Position numbers and translations under genes: made by a program
Notes under the pieces: model-generated
Told to the model about the DNA's origin: nothing
The model's database searches: none
The model's input: only the letters and a program-made list of their open reading frames with translations
Shown here: piece by piece, positions 35,582 through 49,095 of the stretch
How positions within the stretch are numbered: the stretch's first letter is position 1
Layout of the letters: each line of letters begins with the position of its first letter
NCBI GenBank assembly: GCA_030704615.1
Contig: CM060732.1
Span: forward strand, 6,200,001 to 6,264,000
DNA: 64,000 nt
Origin: Takakia lepidozioides
Lineage: Eukaryota; Plantae; Bryophyta
Direction: 5' to 3'

Positions 35582-36000
35582 CACTACAACAGATGAGCGT
35601 TTTTAGGACTACGGCTTTGGCGGAGTCATAAAAACTGCACTAGGTACATTACTACAGAGCGTTGAATTGCATTACAGTTTTAGTTTTATGACTTTGTAGT
35701 AATGGATATCACTACATGACTCCGGAAAGTTAGGGAGCATTGGTCAAACATTGTTGACCATGATGACAGGGATGGTTTATATGACTAGTGTGATATGTTT
35801 GACTACACGTGGACGACGTTTCATGGAATCTTATGACTCCATGATTGAAGATGGTTTCAGAGCTCTATTTATACGACTACATCACTACACGTGTCATTTT
35901 GAAGGCACATATAATGCAAATAAGGTTGTCCATTAGGTTTAAAAAAGTTAAAAAATTGCTAATAAGGTTGCCCATTAGTGTAATCGTGAACAGAAAGGAG
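35582..36000. mobile_element. Possible left end of another CACTA element
   Basis: CACTACAACAG at 35582 followed by AT-rich DNA with recurring ACTACA/TGTAGT motifs; partner end not found. Confidence 0.35.
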
Positions 36001-37155
36001 GGCTGGGACTTGGCGTTTTTTAGTCTCCTGCGCCACACCACATAGCTGAGGGATGGAACGCGATGATAGCAGGATATGCAGGGGCGTGGGATGGAGGCGT
36101 TGAGCAAATGATGCACGAAGGAGAAGAGGAGGAGGAGTAGTGGTTCGATCTCACAGACCAATCCGACATTACCTGACTACAGACACAAGCAGCACACACA
36201 AGAGGTCATCGGTCAAATCCTCCATGGGTCAGGACAGGTCAAGGACAATGTGGTAGGGCACCTTCTTCTTCAACCTATTTCAGCCTGTGTTGCCCTCTCA
36301 TCAGACTCGGCCGCAAGATGCATATTGAATTCTGTAAGTTAGGTCGTTGGGTAGATCTGTGGTGGTTTGGGGGGTTGCTATTTCATGAGCGGCATGAGCA
36401 TGAGCGGAACAAAAAAAAGCATGAGCGGACCGAATTGTGTCCACGGAAATAGGGTTAGGAGGCACGGAAATAGGGTCATGTGGACTCGTCATAGCAATGA
36501 AATGCAACATTTTATTGCAAATTTGGTTGCAAGCCACGTCTATACAAGTGTGTCCTAACTATCATAGCAGGAATGGGAACTACTCTCCTACACCTTCCGA
36601 GGAACTTGGCCCTCCTTCTTCCTCATCCCCCCCATCCTCCGAGCTCTGTGATGCATCGGTTGCAGTATGCCTCTCAAAAATGTCGTCCTCTCCTTGGGGG
36701 ACTGTCCACCTCACCTCCTGGGAATCTTCTGCCTCTTCTCCCCCACTTTCCTCAGCAGAATCCAAGACAAATCTACGAGCCCGACGGGTTCTAATAGCTG
36801 CTGCCTCCTCCCTCATCTTCATTTTCTTGAGGCTTGCCTCGTCTAAAATCTGCTGTACACGACTAGGTTCGGAACACCTCCTAATGGACACCGAAGCAAG
36901 CCGGGCAGCATAAGTAGGAAGGATGTAGTCCCTTTCTGGACTAGGCGTGAAATCCCCCCTGGCAAAAAAAGGCACGTTCCTCCTGCCCATGAACTCCGGT
37001 GTAGACGTCCCTCCTGCCGTACTTGGCATCCTACAGTAAGAAAAAATCCACTTCAAGAATGTCAATACCAGCAGAAGCAGAAAGGGTTTTCAATGAAATA
37101 AGAGGGCGAAGGGAGGTGCCTCACAAAATCTGGAGGCAACTTACAATGCGACCAC

Positions 37156-38151
37156 TCACTCGTACACCGGGGGCTCCTCGGCCTCGATCCCAACTTGTTC
37201 CTCCCCCTGCTCCTTCTCGGATTTTTCCTCATCCTCCGAGGATGCCTCTTCCTCTTTCGGCAGACGTTCAGCCGCTGCAAGTTCCGAGTTGTGGAGGGCA
37301 GTATCTGGCTCGAAGGCGAACACATGCCTGTCGGACAACGTCCCTGCCCACATTAAAGCACCTGAGGAACAAAGCGGGCGGTTAATAGCTTGCGGCATGC
37401 AATTGCAATCGGGCCAAGGGACAAACTGAGCACGTGAAGGCTTACCCGCCGCATGTGAGGTCCAAAATCCGCCCTTGGACATCCGAGCACGTCTCCATGA
37501 GGGTTTGGATGAAAGCAGGGCTCCGGGTCCGGCTGTACCGCCACGGTTTGCCTGTCTTTGTGTCCTTCGGCATACTGGAGTGGGGCACATAGTTGTAGAG
37601 GACATCGTAGGTAACAGGGTCCACAACGGCATCAACAAGACGACCATCGTTGCGGAATTTGAACGTAGACCCTCTCTTCACAAAGCAATATGCCTCAAAC
37701 ACCAATGTCTGCACATCCAACAAAAGAGGCATCATCTCCGGGATCTTGTTTAGATACACCACAATATGAGGTGAATGCAATAGATTGATAACTTACACTT
37801 TGGCCCTCTGTTCGCAACCCCTGTATTGATGCAGAACCATTTTCTGAGGAGGACCGGGGTGACACTTTTCGGTGTCCACCTTGCCACCGCATTCTCTGTG
37901 GTCTTCCCTCTTGTGGCAAGGACAACCACACATCCACCGTCATCCAGAAGCATCCCCGCCAGCCCAAACCCGGTTTTCCAGTAGTCCTCAGTAAACCTGT
38001 TCCAGGTGGGCACACCATCCAGGCCCTCCAGCAGCTCCCCATCTGGAATGTCGAGGAGAATCATGTCACAAGCTCTCTCCACCTCAAACCCCCCCCCCCC
38101 CCCCCGAGTGCTCTTGCAATCCGTGCTAACAGCCGTGAAGAATTCCATCAT
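37156..38151 (-). pseudogene. Beta-class amino (N6-adenine/N4-cytosine) DNA methyltransferase-like domain, three exons
   Basis: CDMILLDIPDG (motif IV-like), LLDDGGCVVVL, EAYCFVK, RSPAFIQTLMETCSDVQGRILDLTCGG + GALMWAGTLSDRHVFAFEPD (motifs X-I-II). GT-AG introns about 37796-37709 and 37445-37362; both need a 1-nt phase correction. Confidence 0.7.
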
Positions 38152-38959
38152 GGCTTCAAAACCAGGGGGTCTTTAGGCTCTGTACCGGCAGCCCTCTTCT
38201 TGGCTTTCCCCTTCTGCTCCACCAGAGACTTGCTGTGTGCCACCTTCTTTGCCCTGGCAGCGAGAGCGTCAAGGAACCTCTCATTGACACATTGGATGAT
38301 GGTTGGAGGTTCTAGCTTTGGCCTGTGCGTAAACGTCACCGCCAAATACCGCCGTGTAGGCTCGCCCTCAAATGCCAACTTTGGCAGAGCCAGTCCCACT
38401 CCGAACTGACTTGGGAACCGGACAACTGGTGACTGGGTAGCAGCAACAGCAGTCGCAGGACCTTGAACAAAGTCGTCGTCCGAGTCACTCTCTTGGGTCC
38501 CTCCTGCGCCTCCTCCGATGCCCCGATGGTTTTCTGTTTTTTGGGTGTTACTGCACTCACCTGTTTCCTTGTCCTTTTCCTTTGGCCTTTACTCTTCTCA
38601 TTCAATTTCTCCTGAATTCCTGCCTGAGCAAGCTCTGCCGCTTTCCTGGAGTTCGCAAGCGCTTTTGCCTCTTTTGCACCCAGCGGAGGCAGCGAAGCCC
38701 GGTTTCGTCGAACCTCAACATCCAGCTTCAATTGAAACTCGGATGGGTCGAGCGAGCCGGGCGGAAGGTCCACATACCAAGGGCAATCACGCAAATGTTC
38801 CAGATGCCACTCCTTCACAATATCGTCAGTGTACATGGAGTCAGCCCCAGGGTTCCTCCATGCCAGGAAGAATGGTGGCTCGAAAGACAGATGACCTTTC
38901 TCCAAAAGGGAGAACTTGCAGTACCTGCATTCATGAAAAACACAATGAGGTCCCTGAAC

Positions 38960-40215
38960 TGCAAATTCGGCACCATTTTCCCAGGTTGGGGCGGATTTGA
39001 GTGGGCCTAGAAATGGAAAAATGGCGCCGAATTTCGGTTTTCGATGACTGCCACCCGAGGGACTTAGCCATCTTGGGAGCCCTGAACTGGAAATTCGGCG
39101 CCATTTTTCCCGGTTTGGCCCGAAGATGGCTAAGTCCCAGAACGGCAATAGGGCCTAGAACTGGAAAAATGGCGCCGAATTTCCAGTTCAAGGCCAGCCA
39201 CCCTAGGGACTTAGCCATTTCTGAGCCCTGACTGAACTTCGGCGCCATTTCCCAGGTCGGCCCGAAAATGGCTATGTCCCAGAACGGCAATAGGGCCCAG
39301 AACTGGAAAAATGGCGCCGAATTTCCAGTTCAGGGCCAGCCACCCTAGGGACTTAGCCACTTTAGGAGCCCTGACTGGAAATTCGGCGCCATTTTCCCAT
39401 GTCCGGCCCGAAAATGGCTAAGTCCCAGAACGGCAATAGGGCCCAGAACTGGAAAAATGGCGCCGAATTTCCAGTTCAGGGCCAGCCACCCTAGGGACTT
39501 AGCCATTTTCGGAGCCCTGACTGGAAATTCGGCGCCATTTTCACAGGTCCGGCCCGAAAATGGAAGTCCATATGGCCTTGACCTGAAAAAATGGCGCCGA
39601 ATTTCCAGTTCCTAGGGACTTAGCCACTTTAGGAGCCCTGACTGGAAATTCGGCGCCATTTTCCCATGTCCGGCCCGAAAATGGCTAAGTCCCAGAACGG
39701 CAATAGGGCCAGAACTGGAAAAATGGCGCCGAATTTCCAGTTCAGGGCCAGCCACCCTAGGGACTTAGCCATTTTCGGAGCCCTGACTGGAAATTCGGCG
39801 CCATTTTCACAGGTCCGGCCCGAAAATGGCTAAGTCCCAGCCTTGACCTGAAAAAATGGCGCCGAATTTCCAGTTTAGGGCCAGCCACCCTAGGGACTTA
39901 GCCACTTTAGGAGCCCTGACTGGAAATTCGGCGCCATTTTCCCATGTCCGGCCCGAAAATGGCTAAGTCCCAGAACGGCAATAGGGCAGAACTGGAAAAA
40001 TGGCGCCGAATTTCCAGTTCAGGGCCAGCCACCCTAGGGACTTAGCCATTTTCGGAGCCCTGACTGGAAATTCGGCGCCATTTTCACAGGTCCGGCCCGA
40101 AAATGGCTAAGTCCCATATGGCCTTGACCTGAAAAATGGCGCCGAATTTCCAGTTCAGGGCCAGCCACCCTAGGGACTTAGCCATTTTCGGAGCCCTGAT
40201 CTGGAAATTCGGCGA
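38960..40215. repeat. Tandem array, about 9 units of mostly 130-150 bp, each internally inverted around GGCGCC
   Basis: Unit starts near 39159, 39301 and 39447; AAAATGGCGCCGAATTTCCAG paired with CTGGAAATTCGGCGCCATTTT, and GGGACTTAGCCATTTTCGG with CCGAAAATGGCTAAGTCCC. Confidence 0.95.
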
Positions 40216-40219
40216 AAAA

Positions 40220-42370
40220 TGCAAGGACTGAAAGGAAGGCATCGCGTATGTACCTGTACAGAAGGCGCATTGCTGCTTTGTCCGCGTTCGGCTGGTCGGT
40301 GAACTCGTGGCTCCAGCGGGCATGTGGTATCTCCCGAAAGAATAGGTCGGTTTTGTAGAGCAAAAAGTACCTCGTCACATAGTCGCGTAGGCTCTTTGCT
40401 GCAGGAGAAATCTCCATCTTGAACTGATGTGCTTGTGTGTCCAGCTGCTCTTGCGCATTCGTCGTCACCTGTGGAGATCCTCCATCAGATCGCATTGCTG
40501 AAAAAATACAATGAATCCACCCCCTACAAGAGTAGAAGCGCCAAACGAAGCGTGGGGAAGTACCTGAAACCACCATGTCATGCGGTTCATCCACATGTCG
40601 AATGTGGGTCAGACAGTTTGTCCGGTTTGGGGAAGCTCCACATGTCCCTTGTACTTTGGGAACCATTCCAGATTTGGAGCCACCGGGTCTGTCCAACCAC
40701 CCAGCATATTCGTAAGCGCCAAACACCACACAAAAACGAGTTGTTGCCACCACAATTTGGTTAAGAATGTATCACCTTTTCTGCACCATCCACATAGGAT
40801 GTGGGTAGACGATGGAGCTTCTCCAATGTCATCGTGGGCTTCAGAGCGCGAGTAGTGCTTCCCCACCTCCACCAGAAAGTCGGCACCAAGGGCGGGATCA
40901 GCTATGGCCACGTACTTTATCATCCGCGACTTGTACTTTATGCGGGCCCCCACCTCCGCAGCTTTGAAATACGATTCAAGTGCCGGGAGGGTTAGATTCT
41001 TCTCCTCTGACTCCATGTAGAACCTCCGCGCATGTGCCAAATCCTGCTGAATTTTCGTCTGTCAAGAATGCGCACATAAGATTAGAGATCCTGCTCAACA
41101 CTTTTTCTTCTATTGGAGGAGGAGAGACAGATTAGCTCAACAAAACAATCAGGAGCTTTACCCGAAATATGTAGTCCACCATGGCGTCCATGCTCAGCCT
41201 ATACCAGGTTCTGTGCCTTTGCCTCCGACTTGCGCAGGAGGTCGGCACTGAGCGAATTGGCAAACTCTTGCACCCCTTGCTTCCCGACATCCTTCACTCG
41301 GAAGAGCATATGGGACAAGTTGGTGGCAATGAAGGCATTCTCAGTCACCCTGCAATGCCACATTTCCATCAAACAATTCTGAAATGGGAATTTACAACAA
41401 ATATGAGGATTCGCAATGAAATGACTTACAATCGGATGGGTCCAAAGCAAGAGGCGTTGTAACTTACGAGTTGATGTCCGCCATTGCAGCTTTGAGAAGA
41501 CTGCGATCTTTGCCCGCAACCTTCAGCACAACACACTCCACGGCGAAATGCCAATCGAGGTCGTTGGGGTGGCTTCGGCTATGTGCTCCATCCATGCCAG
41601 GAGGCGATGATTGCCGTCCCACACGTAAAACATCTTACTGGATAAGTGCTGGAAAAGAGGATCAGTAGCAATCGTTCTCTCGAACTCCTCATTTCGCCTT
41701 TGCCAATGGGGACCCCATTTGTCCACCTCATCGGAAGTGTGGGCACGGGTCGCTCCGTGGTCGTTCTCAATGGAAACGTAAAACGCGGCAGACCCCATTC
41801 GATATCCATCCCGGAAAGAGGATTTCAGCTTGTCGATATCGCCTGGGAGGGCAGGTCTCACCACCTGCAATAACACCAAGCGGCAAAGGGAAATCCGAAG
41901 CTTGGCCGGGTACACCATGCCCCCCAGCACCCTGCCAATGTTGCTGTGGGTTGCCTCCAACATCGTGGCAGCGGCCAACTTCATATCCGCCTCCGACATG
42001 ACGTCTGTTGCAGAGGGGTTCTCTGGCAGCCCACCAGGACCGCCAAATCCAGCCTATATGCTGCGGGTTTGGGGCCTGGGGATGTCCGGGAGGATGTCAT
42101 CCTGGTCAGAAAGCTCCCTGTCGTCCTCCTCAACATGGTCAGCCACCGGCGAAACCACCTTGAGCACTCTCCCCGTCTCTACTGCCCTCTCCCCGACTTA
42201 ATTGCAGGGGCTGCTCTTGGCCGCGATGGTCTAACTAGTGTGTTACTGCCTCTTTGTGGTGTCTTGGAGGGATCCACCGTCTCTGTGCGTCCCTCGCTTA
42301 CATTGGCATCTGTCATTTGGGCACCCCTGGCCTCTTCAGTGGCCTTTTCTCTTTCCTCCTGGCTAGCCTT
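40220..42370 (-). pseudogene. ParB/Sulfiredoxin-like domain exons of the MULE accessory gene
   Basis: LRISLCRLV...VRP..PGDIDKLKSSFRDGY...FYV...MFYVWDGNHRLLAW (ParB GxxR box); continues in frame across the CACTA insertion (ARQK|ASQEE) from 57309-57013. Confidence 0.72.
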
Positions 42371-43519
42371 CACTAGAAGCATTCGTGTCATTTACCACTG
42401 GGGTAACGACTCATTTTGAGTCGTAAAAGTCAAAAAATTGGGATCGACTGGAAGTTACAACAGACTAGTTACAACAGATGTGGTAGTTGGGTTGGACATC
42501 CAATGATTGGAGTGGTAAAGGACGCAGACACGCGAACAACTGCTCAGCGATTAATGCGATTAATGCGATTAATGCTAAAGAACCACGTGGCGTAACCAGG
42601 CGGGCCGCCCGTGTGTCTGACCTTTTGGGCTGACTTTGACTTTTCCCTCCGGATGAGTGGACTGACTCACTCGGGGCGCGGTGACACATGGACGCGGACG
42701 TGGATGCGGACGTGGATGCTGATGTGGTGGCGCCGCGACGAGCGGCAATGCTGCCGCGTGGCCACGGGCCCAAGACGCCACATCGCAGTCGGCCACATCA
42801 CTTGGAGTGCTGCATGTGACGTCGCAACAGCCACTGGCAAAGTCAACTGCACAACTTCCGACAGACGAATCCGCGGGGACCACGTGGAGAGTGTGTGGGT
42901 CGACGCGTGGCGTCGTCCCCACGCAATGGCAGTGACGGGTACGACTGCTAGTGGAAAGACGCAAAGTGCTTGTGCCATCTCGGGACTGCTTTGGCCAACT
43001 CCGCTGCCACTGTGCTAGTTGGTTGCACTACAGTAGGAAAGCACAAAAAATGAGCACTTGTAGTGGTTTGTGTGAGTTTCCAACTGACCTGCATTCTAAG
43101 CTGTAAATATGGTTCTGATGCATTCTACTGGTTTTAGTGGTTCACCCATATGCAGGGGGAATTGAGAAGCAATGATACTGGGCGAGACTGAGAACACAGA
43201 CCACGATGCATGCACAACATCATGCTAATGAACCAAATAGACGAGGCAACAGGGAGACCAAAGACCATCACACATACACATAGAAGGTGGACGGACACGA
43301 CGACAAGTCAGGAAATGTGATATTACATTCAAATTAGAGACCGCCACGGCACACCTGCATATAAGCAAGACTAAATGCCAACATATGTGGTTGCCGGACA
43401 TCACTTAAACTGTCATGGCCCAAATGTTCAAAATTGGTAACGTGAGTATCATACACACTTCTATGAGTATCATTACACACCCAACAGGGACTACAAGCAT
43501 GAAATGTCACTTGATACTT

Positions 43520-43790
43520 TCACCTTTCCTGATACTCTTCTCTGGCCACAGAGTCACCGTGCAATCATGTGCGCTAGTGTGGTCTGGGGGGGGGGGCATC
43601 GTCCACATTTGGGCAAGGCAATGTAACACTTGGAAGCATGATCTCGTGGACTTTCACCTTGTACCACCCGGATCGAATGTCCTTGCAGTGGAACTTGTCA
43701 ACCCCGGCTATTCCCACCACTTCCGCCTTGGCGGCGGCTGTCTTTGACCGCTTGTCATGGGGGTTCAGGAGAAACACAAGATCTGATATC
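43520..43790 (-). pseudogene. CACTA TnpA-like terminal exon
   Basis: FHCKDI.SGWYKVKVHEI...VTLPCPN...LWP pattern typical of CACTA ORF2 C-termini. Confidence 0.5.
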
Positions 43791-44538
43791 TGCAGACACC
43801 AACATCAGGGTCCACTCAGCAACAACATAGCAATGACAGGGTGAAAGTCAAGCGCAGCTGGGCATGGAAACGATCTTGGTTGCCACAATACTGAATCAGC
43901 AGCCAATTCACGGTGTACCAACGTACCTTGAAGCGAAGCTTGTCGCTGAGGGTGGCAACTGAGGAAAGCTGCCCACGTGTCTTCAACTGCAGCAGCAAAA
44001 AGAGGTTTAGTCAGATGGATAAGAATAACATGAACTCTGGTGGTTGCAATGGTATAAACACACCTCCACGGAGCAAGCAAGCTAACAAACACCCTACTCA
44101 GACTCTAGCACTACAACTTCCTGGCAAAAATAACCCTACTAAAAACCAGCCAGGCAAAGCAAGGAGCCATGAATGCATGCCTGGGGAACCACGTCCTCCT
44201 GCGATGATGGTGCCGGGGACAGCCCACTCCTCTTGCTCACCTGCAATGAATACACATTGCAACGCTTCAGGAAGTGTATCCATAAAGGAAACCAACCAAA
44301 TAAGTTTGCGGAGAGGGGCTGGGAACAACCATACCTTGGGCGCTGCCTCCTCATGCCGGGAGGGGAATCCGGAATGCTGCTGCCGTAGCACTATGGTCGT
44401 AGGCGCAGGACCTACCTTCTTCACATTCGACCCCACTGCCACTCCCTGTACATGTGGTCCCTGCAAAACATATAGTGCCAGCCTTGCGTGAGAGGGCATC
44501 CGGGGGGAACAAAATAAACATGGACTTTGGCTTCGATG

Positions 44539-45348
44539 TCATGTTGCAAACAGTAAGGTTAGTTTCACCTGCATGGGCGCAGAAGTACTTCCCCCAACGA
44601 CCCCATCCTCTCCCACATTCAAGCTGCCAGTCGGGGTCAGCTTCCGCGTGCTTGTGAAGACACGCACATCCTTGGAGCAAAACAAATCTTGGCAGTAGGG
44701 CCAGACTGTTTCTAAAAGGTAGTCTGAATCAGGCCCCTCACTGACATTGCCAGTGACATCAAACGATAGTGGATGGACCATGTTCAAAGGGGAGTTCCCC
44801 CTCCCCTTGAGTGGTGAATCATCCACTAGGAGGGTGTTGGATTCGTTAAATCCAGAAAATTCCGACCCACACCTCGACAGTCTCTTCTGTAAGTTCTGTA
44901 CGGCAGGCCTTTTTGTGGGGTGTGGCTCTGTCAAGGGGTCACACTCCTCTTGTGACCACACAAAGAGGGGAGAACCCTTGACCCCCTGCATGACCACTTT
45001 GAAGATGTCTGCAACATTCCCCTTGGAAGCACAGGACCATATCCCAACGTAGAAATACCGGAAGAGAAAGTTTAAAAACTCGCAGACCTGGGGCCTTGGG
45101 AAAACATACTTATTGGTGGTCAACACCCATGGCCAATGACGCCTTGGGTTGGGCTGAAAGTTAGGAATAGAGTGGCACAGGATCCCGTTCAGGTCTAGAA
45201 CAATTAGTTTCGACTTTTCTATGAAAAGAGCTTTTGAAGGGGTGTCACGGGGTCTCACCTCAGTGGGTTGGGAGACAACAGTCACCCCGGAGGGCAAAGT
45301 TTCGGTCCCCCTGCAGCCTGGACCCCCCACTATGAATATCATCAACAA
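44539..45348 (-). CDS. FCP1/NIF-like HAD phosphatase domain carried by the CACTA element
   Basis: KLIVLDLNGIL, RPQVCEFL.FLF.YF.VGIWS, LFVWSQEEC, NTLLVDDSPLKG..N. Confidence 0.85.
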   Translation of the reverse strand: MLMIFIVGGPGCRGTETLPSGVTVVSQPTEVRPRDTPSKALFIEKSKLIVLDLNGILCHSIPNFQPNPRRHWPWVLTTNKYVFPRPQVCEFLNFLFRYFYVGIWSCASKGNVADIFKVVMQGVKGSPLFVWSQEECDPLTEPHPTKRPAVQNLQKRLSRCGSEFSGFNESNTLLVDDSPLKGRGNSPLNMVHPLSFDVTGNVSEGPDSDYLLETVWPYCQDLFCSKDVRVFTSTRKLTPTGSLNVGEDGVVGGSTSAPMQVKLTLLFAT

Positions 45349-45674
45349 CAGCCCGGACCTCTGTCACATCCCTACCCACTACAATTACTTCCTCCTTGTC
45401 AGGTACAATGGTCGCAGCAGGGGGGTCTTCCATAATGCCACCCGTCACACCCCTTTTTTGCCCCATCATGAGTTCCACTATCTTCTTCACTTGTGCTTCC
45501 GTTCCCCTCTCCCGCTCCGCAGAGAGAGCCGCAAGCCTCTCCAGGGCCCCGATGCGGGCTGCCATTGAGTTCCCCGCTCCCTACGCATACAAACACCCAC
45601 CCGTACTGTTAAAAACCAGAAGAAGAGGCCGAATGTGCAGGATTTCAGGCATTCGGAGATGGCTAGGTTTGGCA

Positions 45675-46557
45675 TAACACCCCTCGTGGCTGTTGTAACC
45701 TGCCCACATCATGGTATCGGGCTGCACCGCATTTGGGGCACTCCATAGCATCCTTGTACTCTCTTCTGAAAAGTACATGTCCTTTTGGACATGCATGTAT
45801 TTTCATGTAGTTGAGGCCGAGCTTCCCAATCATTTGGTTGGCCATGTGACAGCTTTTTGGCATTTCATTTGGTTGTGGAAGCAAGTTCAGCCGAAGCAAA
45901 GAGAACAACTCGTCCACAAAATGGTCTGAGACACCGTGGGTTGTGCATAGGTTCATCAACAGCATGGTGGCAGCAAGCTCTGTGGATTTGCATCCCTCGT
46001 GCAGTGGCACACATGCTTCTTCTAGTGTCATGTGTGCAGAATTCAATTCTCCATCTCCACCTCCTTCCACGCCTTCCCCCACGTGAATGCCCATTTCCTG
46101 CGTCATCACCATCCCCAGTTGTCGCAGCGCCGTCCCCCTCTTCAGCATCGTCCATGATGTGGAATGCTTCCTGCAACATTCGAGTAATCTCCACCCCTCC
46201 GTCCATGCCTGGTTCATGTCCTGCGCCCATGACATAGTCCTCGTCTGGCCTGTCTGTATGGCTCCCTCGGGGGTGTGCATTGTCCAATTGTGCCCACTCC
46301 TCATCGTCTTTGTCTGCAGGTCCATCTCCAATCCACACCCGAAATGCTTCATGTCTTTTGTGGTGAAGGAGATGTGTGCGCACACCGTCCTCAGATCTAC
46401 TTGTAGTGCCCAAACAACGTTCACATGGGCTTGACATCCTTGAAAGCCCAAGGGCTCGGGCACGTGCCACTTCTCTTTCCCACAACCTGTCATCTCGGGT
46501 GTTCTGTCTACAGGGGTGATTAATTGGAAGTCCTCCGCATGGGCGAGGGGAACTCAT
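45675..46557 (-). pseudogene. CACTA TnpD N-terminal segment
   Basis: PCERC..VRTHL; PLHEGC; LLPQPNEMP; LGLNYMKIHACPKGHVLFR; CPKCGAARY. Confidence 0.88.
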
Positions 46558-47079
46558 TTTTGTTGGGGAGCCTCTTCAATGCTGTTTGTGCACGCCGTTG
46601 CAGGGGGTCGGATTCTCCTTTGCAGAGATTCCTCAATTTGGCTCTGCCACTCCCATTTCACTACTGTCAATTCCCTCCTCCTGCAATCTCAATTTGAAAG
46701 GTTCAGCCGCACATCCTTTGGCAGAGAAGACAGTCGACATTTTATACCAACCGGTAGATTCCACAACATGATGAAAAGTTACACTCAACAGCAAACCATT
46801 TAAAAGCCATCACGATGCTTCCCATCATAACTAGAATCTTTTCAACAAGACACTGAGAGAAATGACCAAAATCGCCCACATACCCACCAAATCTTAGTAC
46901 AACAACAAATTTGCAAGCAACAACCAAGATCTACGAAACACCCTCTGTAGTCGTCTGAAGCACCCTGTTAGTACACGATCCCACTCCCATAGTGGCCAGA
47001 ATGACTTGTGACAATATATATGTAATTCCAGCATACAAAGACCATTAAGAATAGCACAGGAGGGATGTAAGTTGGCACC

Positions 47080-49095
47080 CACTGTCTCCATGGTGTCATG
47101 GTTGTTGTGTTGTTCAGCACATAATCATGTGCCACATCCCGAAGGCGCGGGCTCATGGCACGCTTTGTTCCACCACCTTCTAGGACCTCGCCTACAACTC
47201 CTTCTTCCTCGTTCTCGTCCCACACCCGTCGTTGTATTGCATCAAATGAAGACATATACTCTGTCATGAAGCCCAGGGCTTCGCGGATGTAGCCCTCCGC
47301 CATACTCCCTCTGGCCATGCCATGTTGCGTACATACCCCTTCAGATCCTTCATGTACCTCTCCATGGGGTACATCCACCGGCTGGCTACGGGCCCACACA
47401 CATGCAACTCCTCTACAAGATGCACTAGCAAGTGCGTCATGACGTCAAAGAATGATGGAGGGAATTCTTTCTCCAGCAAACATAGGGTCATAGCCACATC
47501 CTCATGCAACGATGTAATCTCCCTCGGATCCCACACCTTCGCACAAATCTTCCTAAACACTCGACTTACACGCATTATGGCTGTTCGAGGACCTGGCGCC
47601 ATCGTACCCCGAATGCACACTGGCAAAATCTATTACATCATCACGTGTAGATCATGTGACTTCATCCCCGACCATTTCTTGTTTATGGCATGCTTTTGGA
47701 AAGCACCCGAGAATCCGGTTGGCACTTTCATGGCTCCCAATGTCTTCAAAAAATCCTCTTGCTCTGATTTGGTCAGGACGTATGATGCTGCTGGCATGAG
47801 CACTTTGCCTGGTCTATTTGGATCAGGCCTTAGCCACAGATGTGACCGTATCCCTTCAATCTCCATGTCCTTTCGTACGTTTATCGTATCCTTCTCCCCA
47901 AAGATAGTCTTCAGAATGTTCTCGCAGAAGTTCTTCTCACAATGCATGGGGTCCAGGAGGTACCGCTGCAAGAGGTTCTGAAATGCCAAATGTCCTCCCA
48001 TGAGACCAGGTTCTATGGGCAAAAAAAGTAGAATATGTGGCAGAAGTTGTCCATGTTACTACATTCTGCTTTCAACAACTCCGCGATCCTCTCCACAGTG
48101 AGGTGTACGACTTCAACATCTATTGCATAGTAGTTACACTGACTTAGGAGTTGGTGGAAGGACTCCTGACAGTAAAGGTAATTCCAGGAAGCACAATGTG
48201 AAAGAAAGTGAGTGAATGGGGGGGGGGGGGGATTCATGCACCTTCCAGTATGGCAAATCCCAAAGGATTGTCCGGCGCTTCACCCCGTGCTCCATGGCTG
48301 GATCCGCACTACTTCCGTCTCTCCCTCCAATCTCCATGAACGCCTCTTTCTCCTTTGCAAATTGCAATGTCTCCTCCGGTGTCACAGCATTTGGTGCCAT
48401 TCTCTTTTCAACACATCCATTGAAGTGCCTTCCTGCTCGTCGGTAGGGGTGGTTTCTTGCAAGGTAACGTCGATGCCCCATTTATATTGTCTTCCCTAGT
48501 GGCTTTGAGTGCCGTGAATCCACATAGGGCCCACAAATGCGGCACCCTTTGTAGCCCTTCGTCTTGCAACCCGCAACAAGGCCATATGCGGGGAAATCGT
48601 GGATTGACCACATGAGTATGGCACGGAGGGTGAAACTTCGTTGCCCTACTGGTTTCAAAATGTCGTAAGCTTCAACTCCAATCCATAGTTCCTGTAGCTC
48701 TTCAATCAATGGTTGCAAATACACATCTATGTTTGCATTTGTCACGGACTCCTTGCCTGGAATCAAGAGAGACAACATGACAAAGAATTTCTTTGTTGTC
48801 AACCATGGTGGCAGGTTGTATGCCACCATCTGCACGGGCCATGTGGACCATGTGCAACTCTTTGATCCGTATGGGTTTACTCCATCCATAGATACAGCAA
48901 ATCGCACATTGCGTGGGTCCTCGGCAAAATCGGGCCAAGTTGCATCTATATGCTTCCATGCAAGGGAATCTGGGACATGCCTTACCAAACCATCGTTTGA
49001 GGCATTCCTGGAATGCCAAGTCATAAGCTCACTAATGGTCTTGCATTTGTACATTCGTAATAGACGGGGGATAAGGGGAAAGTGCCTCAACACAA
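47080..49095 (-). pseudogene. CACTA TnpD central segment (Transposase_21 + DUF4218), with intron
   Basis: LRHFPLIPRL, DSLAWKHID, DPRNVRF..MDGVNPY, STWPV, IHDFPAYG, LPYWK, DPMHCEKN, MKSHD.H, FPPSFFDVM.HL, RWMYPMER. Confidence 0.95.

Noticed and set aside
37362-37445. GPIAIACRKL as the post-motif-I helix of the MTase
   Set aside because: It lies inside a GT-AG intron; the next exon (GALMWAGTLSDRHVFAFEPD) fits the motif better.
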